Shown: positions 55,701 through 64,000 of the stretch, in pieces
How the letters are laid out: each line of letters opens with the position of its first letter
Position numbering within the stretch: the stretch's first letter is position 1
DNA from: a virus
Length of the DNA stretch: 64,000 bases
Strand: one strand, 5' to 3'
Virus record (IMG/VR): IMGVR_UViG_3300011115_000650
Program-made: the position numbers and the translations under genes
Notes under the pieces: generated by a model
What the model saw: only the letters and a program-made list of their open reading frames with translations
Database searches by the model: none
What the model was told of the DNA's origin: nothing

Positions 55701-56546
55701 CTATTTATGCTTAAATACAATCATTGTATCTCTATCCGAAGTCCTTTGTGGATTAGGCATAATAATTGCTTCATATTTACTTGAATCAAATATAATTGAT
55801 TTACCTCTGAATTCTTTCGGTACAGAACCCCTACCTATTACTATCTTATCAGTTTCAAATACATTTGCTTCAAAATCTCCTGTCGCTAATGTAACATAAC
55901 CATTATCTGGTTTGGTAAAAATCTCTAGCAACAATGCTACTTGGTCTTTATCTGCTTCATCGAATGCTTGGGTGATTAGTCCATTAGGTATTTCGAATGA
56001 ATCAGCAAACATATCTAACTTGATCGTCTCTTCGATTCGACTCTGCCATTTACTACATACTTTACTGTGGATTGACTTTAACTGTGCCCTTGTGGCGGTT
56101 TGTGTTGTTGACATAACTGTGTTTTTATTTGCAGGTTGAATATATGACTGTTGTTTTTCCTCTGAAATGATTTCTGCCCATTTACCATGGTTATATATAC
56201 ATCCTTTACCATTTTCTCCATAGATTTCATTAATACCATCACTTTCTTTATTCCAGTTCATACTTCCCACTGTAAATACATCATAATCACCAGCAGCACA
56301 TTTATACTTTGTACCTATAGGATATAAGCGTTTGGCTTGTTCTAGTAGCGTTTCTTCCTTAACTACTTCCATGTCGTAGTCTCTTACAACAAAGCTATCA
56401 CAACGATATGCAGTATACCCAAATCCATCTGTTGGACCGGTATACTCCTCTCTAATTGTTACAACGTCACCTATTGTATATCCATGTGCGTTTGAATTGC
56501 CTGTAATTCTTACTTTTGTACCTGCGAGTAGTTTTTCTTTTTTCAT
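55701..56546 (-). CDS. Modular early protein (SH3-like modules plus a C-domain shared with 52217-53377)
   Basis: AGTKVRIT; VCSKWQSRIEETIK; early promoter at ~56577-56615. Confidence 0.65.
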   Translation of the reverse strand: MKKEKLLAGTKVRITGNSNAHGYTIGDVVTIREEYTGPTDGFGYTAYRCDSFVVRDYDMEVVKEETLLEQAKRLYPIGTKYKCAAGDYDVFTVGSMNWNKESDGINEIYGENGKGCIYNHGKWAEIISEEKQQSYIQPANKNTVMSTTQTATRAQLKSIHSKVCSKWQSRIEETIKLDMFADSFEIPNGLITQAFDEADKDQVALLLEIFTKPDNGYVTLATGDFEANVFETDKIVIGRGSVPKEFRGKSIIFDSSKYEAIIMPNPQRTSDRDTMIVFKHK

Positions 56547-56615
56547 AACTGTATTTATTATGTTTTAATATTATATACTAAAGATATGAAGACATTTTCA
56601 GACTAGCAACTTTTT

Positions 56616-56921
56616 TTAAAAAAGATTGTATTTTTTTACTAGCAGCTTTAATCTCTCCTGGTCTTCTGATTGTAGGCTAGTGAGTGGGGTTAACTTTTTA
56701 AGAAATAGCTCATCCTTCTTTAAGTCCTTTAACCTAACTTCGGAGTGTGGGGTGTGTTTACTTCCCCAAAATACTGTCTCCTCTTCTACCTTCTGGAGTA
56801 GGAGTTGGTGTTGATGTCTCCAGTCTCCTTTTTGGCCTAGCTTCTTTAGGGCCTGGGCCTGGGTTTGAGATTTTAGAATCTGTTCTGATATCTTATTTAG
56901 GTATTTGGGATTAAATTTCAT
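56616..56921 (-). CDS. Hypothetical protein
   Basis: 101-aa ORF. Confidence 0.55.
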   Translation of the reverse strand: MKFNPKYLNKISEQILKSQTQAQALKKLGQKGDWRHQHQLLLQKVEEETVFWGSKHTPHSEVRLKDLKKDELFLKKLTPLTSLQSEDQERLKLLVKKYNLF

Positions 56922-56929
56922 CGCTATTA

Positions 56930-57601
56930 TTATAATCGGTCAATGAATTTAGCTGCTGGATTGTCTTCTTCTTTAGATAGTAGACCTAATTGACGGAAAT
57001 GTTCTTCGTAGAAGTCATCCAATTCCCAAGCCGTTTGATTGGGCTGTTGTATGGTTGCTCCTGCATCTTCGAGGTAATTAATTTGACGGGGTGAGAAGAT
57101 GTCACCAACATGTAGAAAGTAATGGTTGTAGCATAGTAGGTGTATATTCTCCAACTCCCAATTATGTCTATTACCATCTTTAAAGGCCAGGATTAGCGGT
57201 ATCTTAAAATCCAATACCCTAGTCTCACAAAATCCACATACACCACATTCTGGTATTAATAGACCTTCGTGTAACAATCTATTCTTTAGCTTCTCTATCG
57301 AATAACTTTCAGTACTTATACCTCTTCTTAGTAACTTCTCCAAGATAGGTTCGTTAGCTTCATATTGAAATTTAGGAATACCTTTACCAGTCCTATTCTT
57401 ATGTATCTCAAATAGACTTGCCTTCTGTACGGGGTCCCAGTATTGTTTAGCATATAACCGGTAGGTGGGATAGGATACGTTTAGGTAGCGTGACGCCGCT
57501 CGATTACTCTTGGTGAACTTCATCGCCTGACGGATCTGTTGTTCGGTTAATAGCTTGGAGGGTCGACCGTAGTGTTTAACATTATCTACTTCCTCACTCA
57601 T
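56930..57601 (-). CDS. HNH-like endonuclease with N-terminal HTH
   Basis: CGVCG...DGNRHN..LENIHLLCYNH. Confidence 0.7.
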   Translation of the reverse strand: MSEEVDNVKHYGRPSKLLTEQQIRQAMKFTKSNRAASRYLNVSYPTYRLYAKQYWDPVQKASLFEIHKNRTGKGIPKFQYEANEPILEKLLRRGISTESYSIEKLKNRLLHEGLLIPECGVCGFCETRVLDFKIPLILAFKDGNRHNWELENIHLLCYNHYFLHVGDIFSPRQINYLEDAGATIQQPNQTAWELDDFYEEHFRQLGLLSKEEDNPAAKFIDRL

Positions 57602-58004
57602 CTATCTTTGGGTTTACTTTTAATAAAAGGTTCCATAAATCCTGAGCATTGTCTAGAGGGATTGGATTGTTGTTCTCGTCTAAAGGATAGTTGATAGTAC
57701 CGTCACTATTCTCCCTCTCCCATAGATAGAAATTTACCAACTCACATGCCTCTCTTCCAAACTTCATCAAGAATAAAGCATCAATGACTTCATAGAAAGG
57801 TTCTTCGTAGGTTCCAAAATCTAATCTTAGGTCGGCAAACAATAAAGTAGACCTAGTGGACATCATCTGTAGACTGGTAATGATACCAACAAACAAATCT
57901 CTAGTCTGGATCTGTTTGGTTTGCTTCTTCCTCTTAACTGTTGACTTTATGTTTAGTAGATGGTCGATGGCTTGTCGTATATTTTGGTATGGGTCTTGAG
58001 ACAT
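57594..58004 (-). CDS. Hypothetical protein
   Basis: 136-aa ORF. Confidence 0.6.
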   Translation of the reverse strand: MSQDPYQNIRQAIDHLLNIKSTVKRKKQTKQIQTRDLFVGIITSLQMMSTRSTLLFADLRLDFGTYEEPFYEVIDALFLMKFGREACELVNFYLWERENSDGTINYPLDENNNPIPLDNAQDLWNLLLKVNPKIDE

Positions 58005-58025
58005 AACTTGTATTATAATTTGGGG

Positions 58026-58364
58026 TTAAACTAATTGAGGTTCTAGTCTAGACTTCATCTCCTGTAACTGTATACATAATTCGAAGTCTTCTTTTATGGA
58101 GAAGTATTGGATGCATTGATCGAGTGCATTAGGCCAATCCTTTCTTTCGATCTCTATAAAATGATTACTACCATTTATCTCTACCAGGGTAGCTGTCTTC
58201 TTTCTAGACTTGATTGCATCTTGAATAGCTAGGTGAGCTTCTTGATAGACGATCCTGGCTAGATCGGGTGCTTCCAAGATCCTATCCACCGGTGTACTCT
58301 CTAGAGGCTCTATACTGATATTCAATATCTTTCTAACTTCTTTCTTTTGCTTCTTTGCTGACAT
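58026..58364 (-). CDS. Hypothetical protein
   Basis: 112-aa ORF; C-terminal EDFELC motif. Confidence 0.6.
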   Translation of the reverse strand: MSAKKQKKEVRKILNISIEPLESTPVDRILEAPDLARIVYQEAHLAIQDAIKSRKKTATLVEINGSNHFIEIERKDWPNALDQCIQYFSIKEDFELCIQLQEMKSRLEPQLV

Positions 58365-58378
58365 AGACTATTGATTGA

Positions 58379-58696
58379 TTAAGCTCCTTGAATTACTTTC
58401 TTCATGATAAAATCTGATATAGAGACTAGAGGTATGATAAAGCCTATGATCATAGGGTTTCTAACCTGAGTATCTCTATCGATCTGTATGCCGTAGTCGG
58501 CAAACTTCTTCTGTAATATAACAGCAATCTTATTTGCAATCTCAGATAACTGTCTAATGTCTATGTTTTGATTCTGAGGTACAAATCTCATCTTAATGCC
58601 TCTCTTGGTTTCATTAATGTTTGTATCGAACACAACACCAAACTGCTCTCCTTCTAGAGTAACAACGTATTGTGGTTTAGGTATGATTGTTGGCAT
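58379..58696 (-). CDS. Hypothetical protein
   Basis: 105-aa ORF; late motif at 58714-58721. Confidence 0.6.
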   Translation of the reverse strand: MPTIIPKPQYVVTLEGEQFGVVFDTNINETKRGIKMRFVPQNQNIDIRQLSEIANKIAVILQKKFADYGIQIDRDTQVRNPMIIGFIIPLVSISDFIMKKVIQGA

Positions 58697-58722
58697 AGTA
58701 TAGTTTATTTAATATAAATAGT

Positions 58723-59898
58723 TTAAAGTAGCTGATTAGTATAGTAAGGTGAGTCTAATCTGATAAGTTCTTTTTCATGAGTCTTTAAATTATTAACTGT
58801 TACTCTAAAAATATCTAATTCGAATTCTCCAACCTCTCCTGATTCTTTTAGTATGTCTGGTAATTGCTGTAACATGTTAAACGAATTGTTAGTCAGAGAC
58901 ATAGCATCAAAATCAATCAAGATATAGTTTTGCTTCTCATTACCGTACGGTCTAATACGTTCCCTTAGGTTGAATTTTGTATTGGGCTGTTCTTTATTTA
59001 TATAGTCCTTATAATCACAATCTACATAAATTGTTGAACACCAAGGTTCAAGTACTTCTAATAGGTGTAGGTTACAGTTCCTAACCACAAAGCCGATATC
59101 GTACTTAGAAGGTATGATCGGATATTGGTAATCGTCGTTCTTAATCCAACTACCCCATTTACGCAAATAATTTCTACCTGCTTTAGCAGATACTACTTTA
59201 AAGTAATCGTCATCTTTACCCACTTGATCGTTCCATCTATGACCTCTGCAGGTTAGGTGGTAGACAAATGCATCTCTACTCTGGATTAATTCATACCCAG
59301 CTAATATCCATCTCTGAAAGATATCTGAGTCTTCATACGGGAATGGGGCAAACAAAGGATCATGTCCTCTTATAGCTTGAAAGTCTTCTTTGTAGAGTAT
59401 CCAGGGAGCAAACATTCCCTTAGTTGTTTTATCTTTTTCGTAACCGGCAATTGTATCTACATACTCTTCAAACATCTCTATATTCAAAGTATCGAAGTCT
59501 TGACCGAAATCTTTTACGATCTTCTCTTTACCTTCAGGGTGTAAAGGAGGTTCGATTCTAGTACCACAAACAACTGTACCCGGTTTTAGATGCTTAACCA
59601 TATTCTGAATATAGTTAGGGCCTAGAATCATATCAGCATGTAAGATACCAACTACATCGTTAGTAGCTTCTCTGATTCCAATATCGTATAAGATAGTATG
59701 ACCTACTCGAGTACTCCATCTCAAGTGTAGAACCTTGTCATCTGATTTAGCAATTTGCTGCATCCACTCCCAAGTACCGTCTGTGGACGCATCGTCTAAT
59801 AAAACAATTTCAGCTTCAGAGGCATGTTTCTTTATTGAAGCGTAGACGTTCTTAAGATGGTTAATGTTGTTATAACTCGGTATTATAAATGATATCAT
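58723..59898 (-). CDS. GT2 family glycosyltransferase
   Basis: ISFIIPSYN, DDASTDGT, HADM, YEDSD. Confidence 0.9.
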   Translation of the reverse strand: MISFIIPSYNNINHLKNVYASIKKHASEAEIVLLDDASTDGTWEWMQQIAKSDDKVLHLRWSTRVGHTILYDIGIREATNDVVGILHADMILGPNYIQNMVKHLKPGTVVCGTRIEPPLHPEGKEKIVKDFGQDFDTLNIEMFEEYVDTIAGYEKDKTTKGMFAPWILYKEDFQAIRGHDPLFAPFPYEDSDIFQRWILAGYELIQSRDAFVYHLTCRGHRWNDQVGKDDDYFKVVSAKAGRNYLRKWGSWIKNDDYQYPIIPSKYDIGFVVRNCNLHLLEVLEPWCSTIYVDCDYKDYINKEQPNTKFNLRERIRPYGNEKQNYILIDFDAMSLTNNSFNMLQQLPDILKESGEVGEFELDIFRVTVNNLKTHEKELIRLDSPYYTNQLL

Positions 59899-59899
59899 A

Positions 59900-60589
59900 T
59901 TATTGTTTTTGGATTGTGAACCCCCATATTACATTTGGAGTCCATGGATTATATACTTGGTAGTAATCCGGGCTATTAATCTCCGGGGTAACTATCTCCC
60001 AATTGGTGAAGTCTTCTGAGTAGTAAAACTTTTCGTCTGTAATCTCGTAACCATTCCTCTTACACTCAGCTTTTATCAAACCCTGTCTTTGGTGGTTGTA
60101 GTACCGTAAAAAAGGTTCCCCCGATGTTTCGTAGTTCATATACGGCCCTGCAGGTAGAGTGATCATTAGTTTAGAATCTAGATCTTTTAATAGTTTACAA
60201 GCTTTATTAATACCTCTAAGATCGTGGTTCCAGTAACACTTATCATCTTCTGCTAAACCATTTGCCATTCTATTACCAGCAAACCAAAATCCAAAATGCT
60301 CAAATACCGATACTGATATAACATAGTCGTATTTATTCGATTCATCAAATTCAATAAAGTCGCTCTGTATATGCTTCCAGTTAGTATTCTCTCTCAACCA
60401 GCATCCCGGTTCCGAAGGCATAATGTCTGTAGTAGATACATTGGTAAAACCTTTTTCGTGAATAGTCTCTGAGACTCCTTCTATCCCTCCCTGACACTCG
60501 CCAATAATTAAAACTGTCTTTGTAACATCAGTAAGCTGATCTGCAAAGTAGGGGACTTCTACAATCTTTGTACCTGATAATTTTATCAT
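59900..60589 (-). CDS. SAM-dependent methyltransferase-like protein
   Basis: VLIIG, TDI, YDYVISVSVFEHFG, ITLP. Confidence 0.65.
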   Translation of the reverse strand: MIKLSGTKIVEVPYFADQLTDVTKTVLIIGECQGGIEGVSETIHEKGFTNVSTTDIMPSEPGCWLRENTNWKHIQSDFIEFDESNKYDYVISVSVFEHFGFWFAGNRMANGLAEDDKCYWNHDLRGINKACKLLKDLDSKLMITLPAGPYMNYETSGEPFLRYYNHQRQGLIKAECKRNGYEITDEKFYYSEDFTNWEIVTPEINSPDYYQVYNPWTPNVIWGFTIQKQ

Positions 60590-61308
60590 ATTTTATAATT
60601 TTCTCCGTACTGTCTTAGCTGTAAATACAGTAACCCCAGTTCAGAATTATTGAAATAGTTATACATATTTGTCTCAGCTAGTCTACAAAACTCACTTACT
60701 CCTATATTAATTTTATTTTGTTTAAAGGTCTGAGAGTTTAGATGACATATAGTATTAGTGTCTGACACAGTGGTTTTAATATTATTCTGTTCTGTAATAC
60801 ACCCTGCGTAGAAATCTAACCCCCATCCATAGATCAACTCATCAGGGAAGTGTTGTATCTTTTCTAGAACATCTCTTCTTATTAACGGACATTGAAAATC
60901 AACCCACCTTACTTCACGCAAACCCTTCCCCCAGTTCCACATCTGCTTCCAATGACATTGTTCAACTGAAGCATTTATAACAGATGGTGAGTATACACCA
61001 GCATCTGCACGACGTGCTTCTTTTAAGGAGGTCGTAAGGAATGATGGTCCGTGAAAAATTAAATCGTTATTTAAAAAATATAGGTAGTCGTGATTTGTTG
61101 TAAGGAAATATTCTAACACAACATTAAATCCTCCACCAAAGTATATGTTATTATCTAACTGGTGTGTGGTTGACTTAGCTAAAGTTTCTTTGGATCCATT
61201 ATCGACAACCATTAATTCACATTGATTAAATAGTGTATCTTTTTTTAACTGGTCTACTAAATTATCTGTTAGATCTGGTAGATTGTGGTTTAGGGTTGCT
61301 ATTAACAT
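60586..61308 (-). CDS. GT2 family glycosyltransferase
   Basis: VVDNGS, N.YFGGGFN, FLNNDL, GWGLD. Confidence 0.85.
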   Translation of the reverse strand: MLIATLNHNLPDLTDNLVDQLKKDTLFNQCELMVVDNGSKETLAKSTTHQLDNNIYFGGGFNVVLEYFLTTNHDYLYFLNNDLIFHGPSFLTTSLKEARRADAGVYSPSVINASVEQCHWKQMWNWGKGLREVRWVDFQCPLIRRDVLEKIQHFPDELIYGWGLDFYAGCITEQNNIKTTVSDTNTICHLNSQTFKQNKINIGVSEFCRLAETNMYNYFNNSELGLLYLQLRQYGENYKI

Positions 61309-61310
61309 GT

Positions 61311-62147
61311 TTAGGTATATGGTGGTGATAGTTGATCAAAAGTATAATTCGTTTTATGTAAATGTAGATATTCCTTATAAGATACTAAATTATTTTCATT
61401 TAACCAACTACTATTTAGTTCTGATATGCTTTGGCCGTTCATATCAATTCCATTTGATAAGTAAGGGTAGTAACCTAATCTAGAAACAACGAAGGGAAAT
61501 ACTCCTTCAAAATAGTACCTATCTAATTTAGAATTAAACCATACATCCGTGATAAGCTCTAGGAATTTTTTAACTACGATTCTTTTAACAGCATACAAGG
61601 TATGTATATAGAAAAAGTTAGCATGCGTATAAGGTAGTGCATCTGTTAGAGTATTTTGAAATAGCGGTATTTCAGTATCCTGTTCTTGATAGTTGTTATG
61701 TTTGTTATAAGCTATACCGAGCATTCCATATGATCCTATACCAGTATGCTTATGTAAAAAAGTTTCTACGTTTGACCTATCGGATAAAAAACTATTAATG
61801 TACCATTCCCGTAAATAGTCACTATGAGAATTTACACCACTTTTAGTATGTATAAACCAATAAGTATCGTAATCAGTATTAGATTGCTTAACTAATTTAA
61901 GAGCAAGTTGATACGCAGATGCATCACTAAGTGTGTATAAACTTTCGGATACTCTTGCTAATCCTTTTATATTTAGATTTGAATTATTTATAAGATCCTC
62001 TACAGCTTGTGTAGAATTTGGATTAATGCCTACGTAAATATCACAATCTGAGAAGTCTTTCTTAAACTCGTCTAAGAAGTTTTGTAATACGAATAACCTA
62101 TCATCCGATAAGATAGTGCAGGCGAATATAACACAGCTCTGTTTCAT
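61311..62147 (-). CDS. Putative glycosyltransferase-like protein
   Basis: WFIHTKSG...LREW motif; position in the glycan cluster. Confidence 0.45.
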   Translation of the reverse strand: MKQSCVIFACTILSDDRLFVLQNFLDEFKKDFSDCDIYVGINPNSTQAVEDLINNSNLNIKGLARVSESLYTLSDASAYQLALKLVKQSNTDYDTYWFIHTKSGVNSHSDYLREWYINSFLSDRSNVETFLHKHTGIGSYGMLGIAYNKHNNYQEQDTEIPLFQNTLTDALPYTHANFFYIHTLYAVKRIVVKKFLELITDVWFNSKLDRYYFEGVFPFVVSRLGYYPYLSNGIDMNGQSISELNSSWLNENNLVSYKEYLHLHKTNYTFDQLSPPYT

Positions 62148-62148
62148 T

Positions 62149-62763
62149 TTACTTCTTTGTTATAAATGCTATTGGGGATACGTTACCTTGTTCAACATTC
62201 ACAGTTTTAATATTTTGAAGCAGGTAGTTAATTTCTTCCTGAGTCATGCAAGTGCTTATTAATTCTCCTGTGCTGTTGTAATGGTGTAGCATTTGTAGTG
62301 TGTCAGTATCACCTGGTCTGGTATAGGCAGGGTTGCCTGATGTATGTAAATCTTCTACTACAAATATTCCGCCAGATTTTAAATACTTAAACATAGTTCC
62401 TAGAGTAATTTGTTGCTGATGCATCATATGCCCTCCATCGTCAATAATGATATCGAATTCCTTGTAAGATTTTTCTATAATAGCCTCTAAATCAGCTCTG
62501 ATAGATTGATCGCCTAGTAAGATTGTAGTATCTTTGAGTTTAATATGTGTTAGGTCTAATATATCTACTCCAACTAGGTTACCTACGTTAAAATAGTCTC
62601 TCCACATTCTAATACTCTCTCCTTGCCATAGTCCTATTTCTAGAAAGTTCTCTAGACTATCTCTATACTTACTGAAGTACTTTTCATAGATCTCTAAATA
62701 GTTGTGGTAAACTGCTCCTTTGTCTGATTTATAGCCTAAGCTAATTTCTTCTAATGTTTTCAT
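62149..62763 (-). CDS. Class I SAM-dependent (sugar O-)methyltransferase
   Basis: SDKG..HNY..IY, LEIG...G.S..MW, GDQ, FDIIIDDGGH, GGIFVVED. Confidence 0.85.
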   Translation of the reverse strand: MKTLEEISLGYKSDKGAVYHNYLEIYEKYFSKYRDSLENFLEIGLWQGESIRMWRDYFNVGNLVGVDILDLTHIKLKDTTILLGDQSIRADLEAIIEKSYKEFDIIIDDGGHMMHQQQITLGTMFKYLKSGGIFVVEDLHTSGNPAYTRPGDTDTLQMLHHYNSTGELISTCMTQEEINYLLQNIKTVNVEQGNVSPIAFITKK

Positions 62764-63545
62764 AAATTAAAGTTATAAATTGATTGTAAACCTATTCCTA
62801 GATATTGTTTAGATATTTTATCTGTAGTATAATTATAATGTTTATCAAAATCGTATTGATGTGTATAGTGGTAATTTTTAAATAAAGGGCCTTTTGGCAT
62901 TAGCCTAATTTCTTGAGTTGCTAACAACCACTCTCCATACCAGGTGAATTCAGATCCATTTACATTAATTAAGTCTACAAAAGTTAAGTTATTTGGAACT
63001 AGGTAGTTATCGTTAAGACTCTTCCAAACTTTACTTGACCACACTGTAGGACCTGGTCCAAAATCATATATTACTCCTTTCCTTCCAAATAGTTCCATTA
63101 TCTGCAATCTCTCTTTTGTGAATGATTCATAAGGATCAAACCCTAATGGATGTTTATCCATAAATTCAAAAAAGGACTTGTACTCATGACAGATTGTATA
63201 AGGAGTATCCTCATCAAACATAAAATCCGATATTGAGAACGGCTTAATAAAAAAGCAATCTGAATCGATACATAGGTAGTTTTCACATAAATCTAATTTC
63301 CAGAATTGACTCTTAACTATTTGCTGTCCTTTCCACCCTTGATTTGAGGTATCTATATCCTCATCTCTAAGTAACGTATAGTCTTTCTCTCCCAGTACTG
63401 TTCTAAATAATTCAAGATCTTTGGTAGGTACCGATATGTAGAAAGGAATCTGGTCTACGTTGTACCTGAGAATACTGTCTAGGAGCTGTTTTACCCTATC
63501 TACATCTTTGTCATAGGACTTGCAATAAAGTACTATCTTACTCAT
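62760..63545 (-). CDS. GT-A fold glycosyltransferase-like protein (DUF6492-like)
   Basis: GWKGQQIVK, YLCIDSD, SEFTWYG. Confidence 0.65.
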   Translation of the reverse strand: MSKIVLYCKSYDKDVDRVKQLLDSILRYNVDQIPFYISVPTKDLELFRTVLGEKDYTLLRDEDIDTSNQGWKGQQIVKSQFWKLDLCENYLCIDSDCFFIKPFSISDFMFDEDTPYTICHEYKSFFEFMDKHPLGFDPYESFTKERLQIMELFGRKGVIYDFGPGPTVWSSKVWKSLNDNYLVPNNLTFVDLINVNGSEFTWYGEWLLATQEIRLMPKGPLFKNYHYTHQYDFDKHYNYTTDKISKQYLGIGLQSIYNFNL

Positions 63546-64000
63546 AGTATGTTATAATTTTGAATGATTCGACAAAACCTTTCCCTTTTTTCATACATTG
63601 AAAGTTTGTATGGAATCCATCTAGTACTTCACTATTAAAATAAGGTTTATCTATCTGTGATTTGAACCCCTGTAGCATACTCTTCTTCGTTTCGTAAACA
63701 TCGTCAAGAGATACGAATAAGTTTGGTTCCCAGGCATCTAATGTAGATGGCGATCTATATTGAATTATGCTGTAAGGAGTCGCTCTCGATAACGGGGCAG
63801 CTAATGAAGAAACCGACACATGTTCGTGGTGACTGTCAAACTCTGAGGTAATAAGTATACATTCATACTTATTTTTATAAGCGTAGGTGTCCTCAATGTA
63901 CTTTACCCACTCGTCAATGCCCCTAGTTCTAAATACAGGAACATCGCTAAAGTAGAGGCTGTAATTAGTTACTCCGCTTCTTGACCAAGCATCTTTAACT
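63538..64000 (-). CDS. PIG-L/LmbE family deacetylase (5' part outside window)
   Basis: The frame extends upstream of the ORF call and includes DSHHEH; PNLFVSL...K...F.SQ...ESF. Confidence 0.7.
   Translation of the reverse strand, partial: VKDAWSRSGVTNYSLYFSDVPVFRTRGIDEWVKYIEDTYAYKNKYECILITSEFDSHHEHVSVSSLAAPLSRATPYSIIQYRSPSTLDAWEPNLFVSLDDVYETKKSMLQGFKSQIDKPYFNSEVLDGFHTNFQCMKKGKGFVESFKIITYYE

Noticed and set aside
59900-60589. MIKL start of the methyltransferase-like gene as a member of the leader family
   Set aside because: MIKLSGTKIVE lacks the amphipathic [IL]-L-x-E pattern and lies in the glycan operon; probably coincidence.
2816-61483. Plus-strand ORFs in the ORF track
   Set aside because: They are short antisense shadows of well-supported minus-strand genes, with no motifs or promoters.
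1-64000. Stop-codon reassignment
   Set aside because: Long conserved genes are intact in the standard code, and TAG and TGA serve as normal stops next to downstream starts.

Overview
This 64-kb window is AT-rich and is best read as part of a large T4-like (myovirus) phage genome, very probably infecting Bacteroidota. The evidence is Bacteroidota-type -33/-7 promoters, A-rich leaders without Shine-Dalgarno sites, gp6/gp25-like baseplate genes and a gp55-like sigma factor. Essentially all real genes are on the minus strand and use the standard code. In coordinate order: (1) 0.05-13.4 kb, a late-expressed cluster of probable head-internal proteins, eight with a shared N-terminal MIKL leader; several are mosaics whose modules are separated by [LI]-x-E sites. 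(2) 13.4-15.5 kb, exonuclease, primase and resolvase. (3) 15.5-32.4 kb, baseplate and tail module. (4) 32.4-36.4 kb, late sigma factor, HD protein and glutaredoxin. (5) About 36.8-49.7 kb, an early region built from about 30 units of one ~50-bp promoter plus one small ORF; it also holds promoters with built-in terminators, micro-ORFs missed by the ORF track, a tRNA-like RNA with no normal anticodon arm, other structured RNAs and a dense AACTCTTTT array. (6) 50-58.7 kb, accessory genes. (7) 58.7-64 kb, a glycosyl/methyltransferase cluster. The two best candidates for an undescribed system are the leader-tagged, protease-processed virion cargo set (including two paralogous Pol-beta nucleotidyltransferases and a nuclease) and the promoter-cassette array. 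All functional calls come from reading motifs by eye; no database searches were run.
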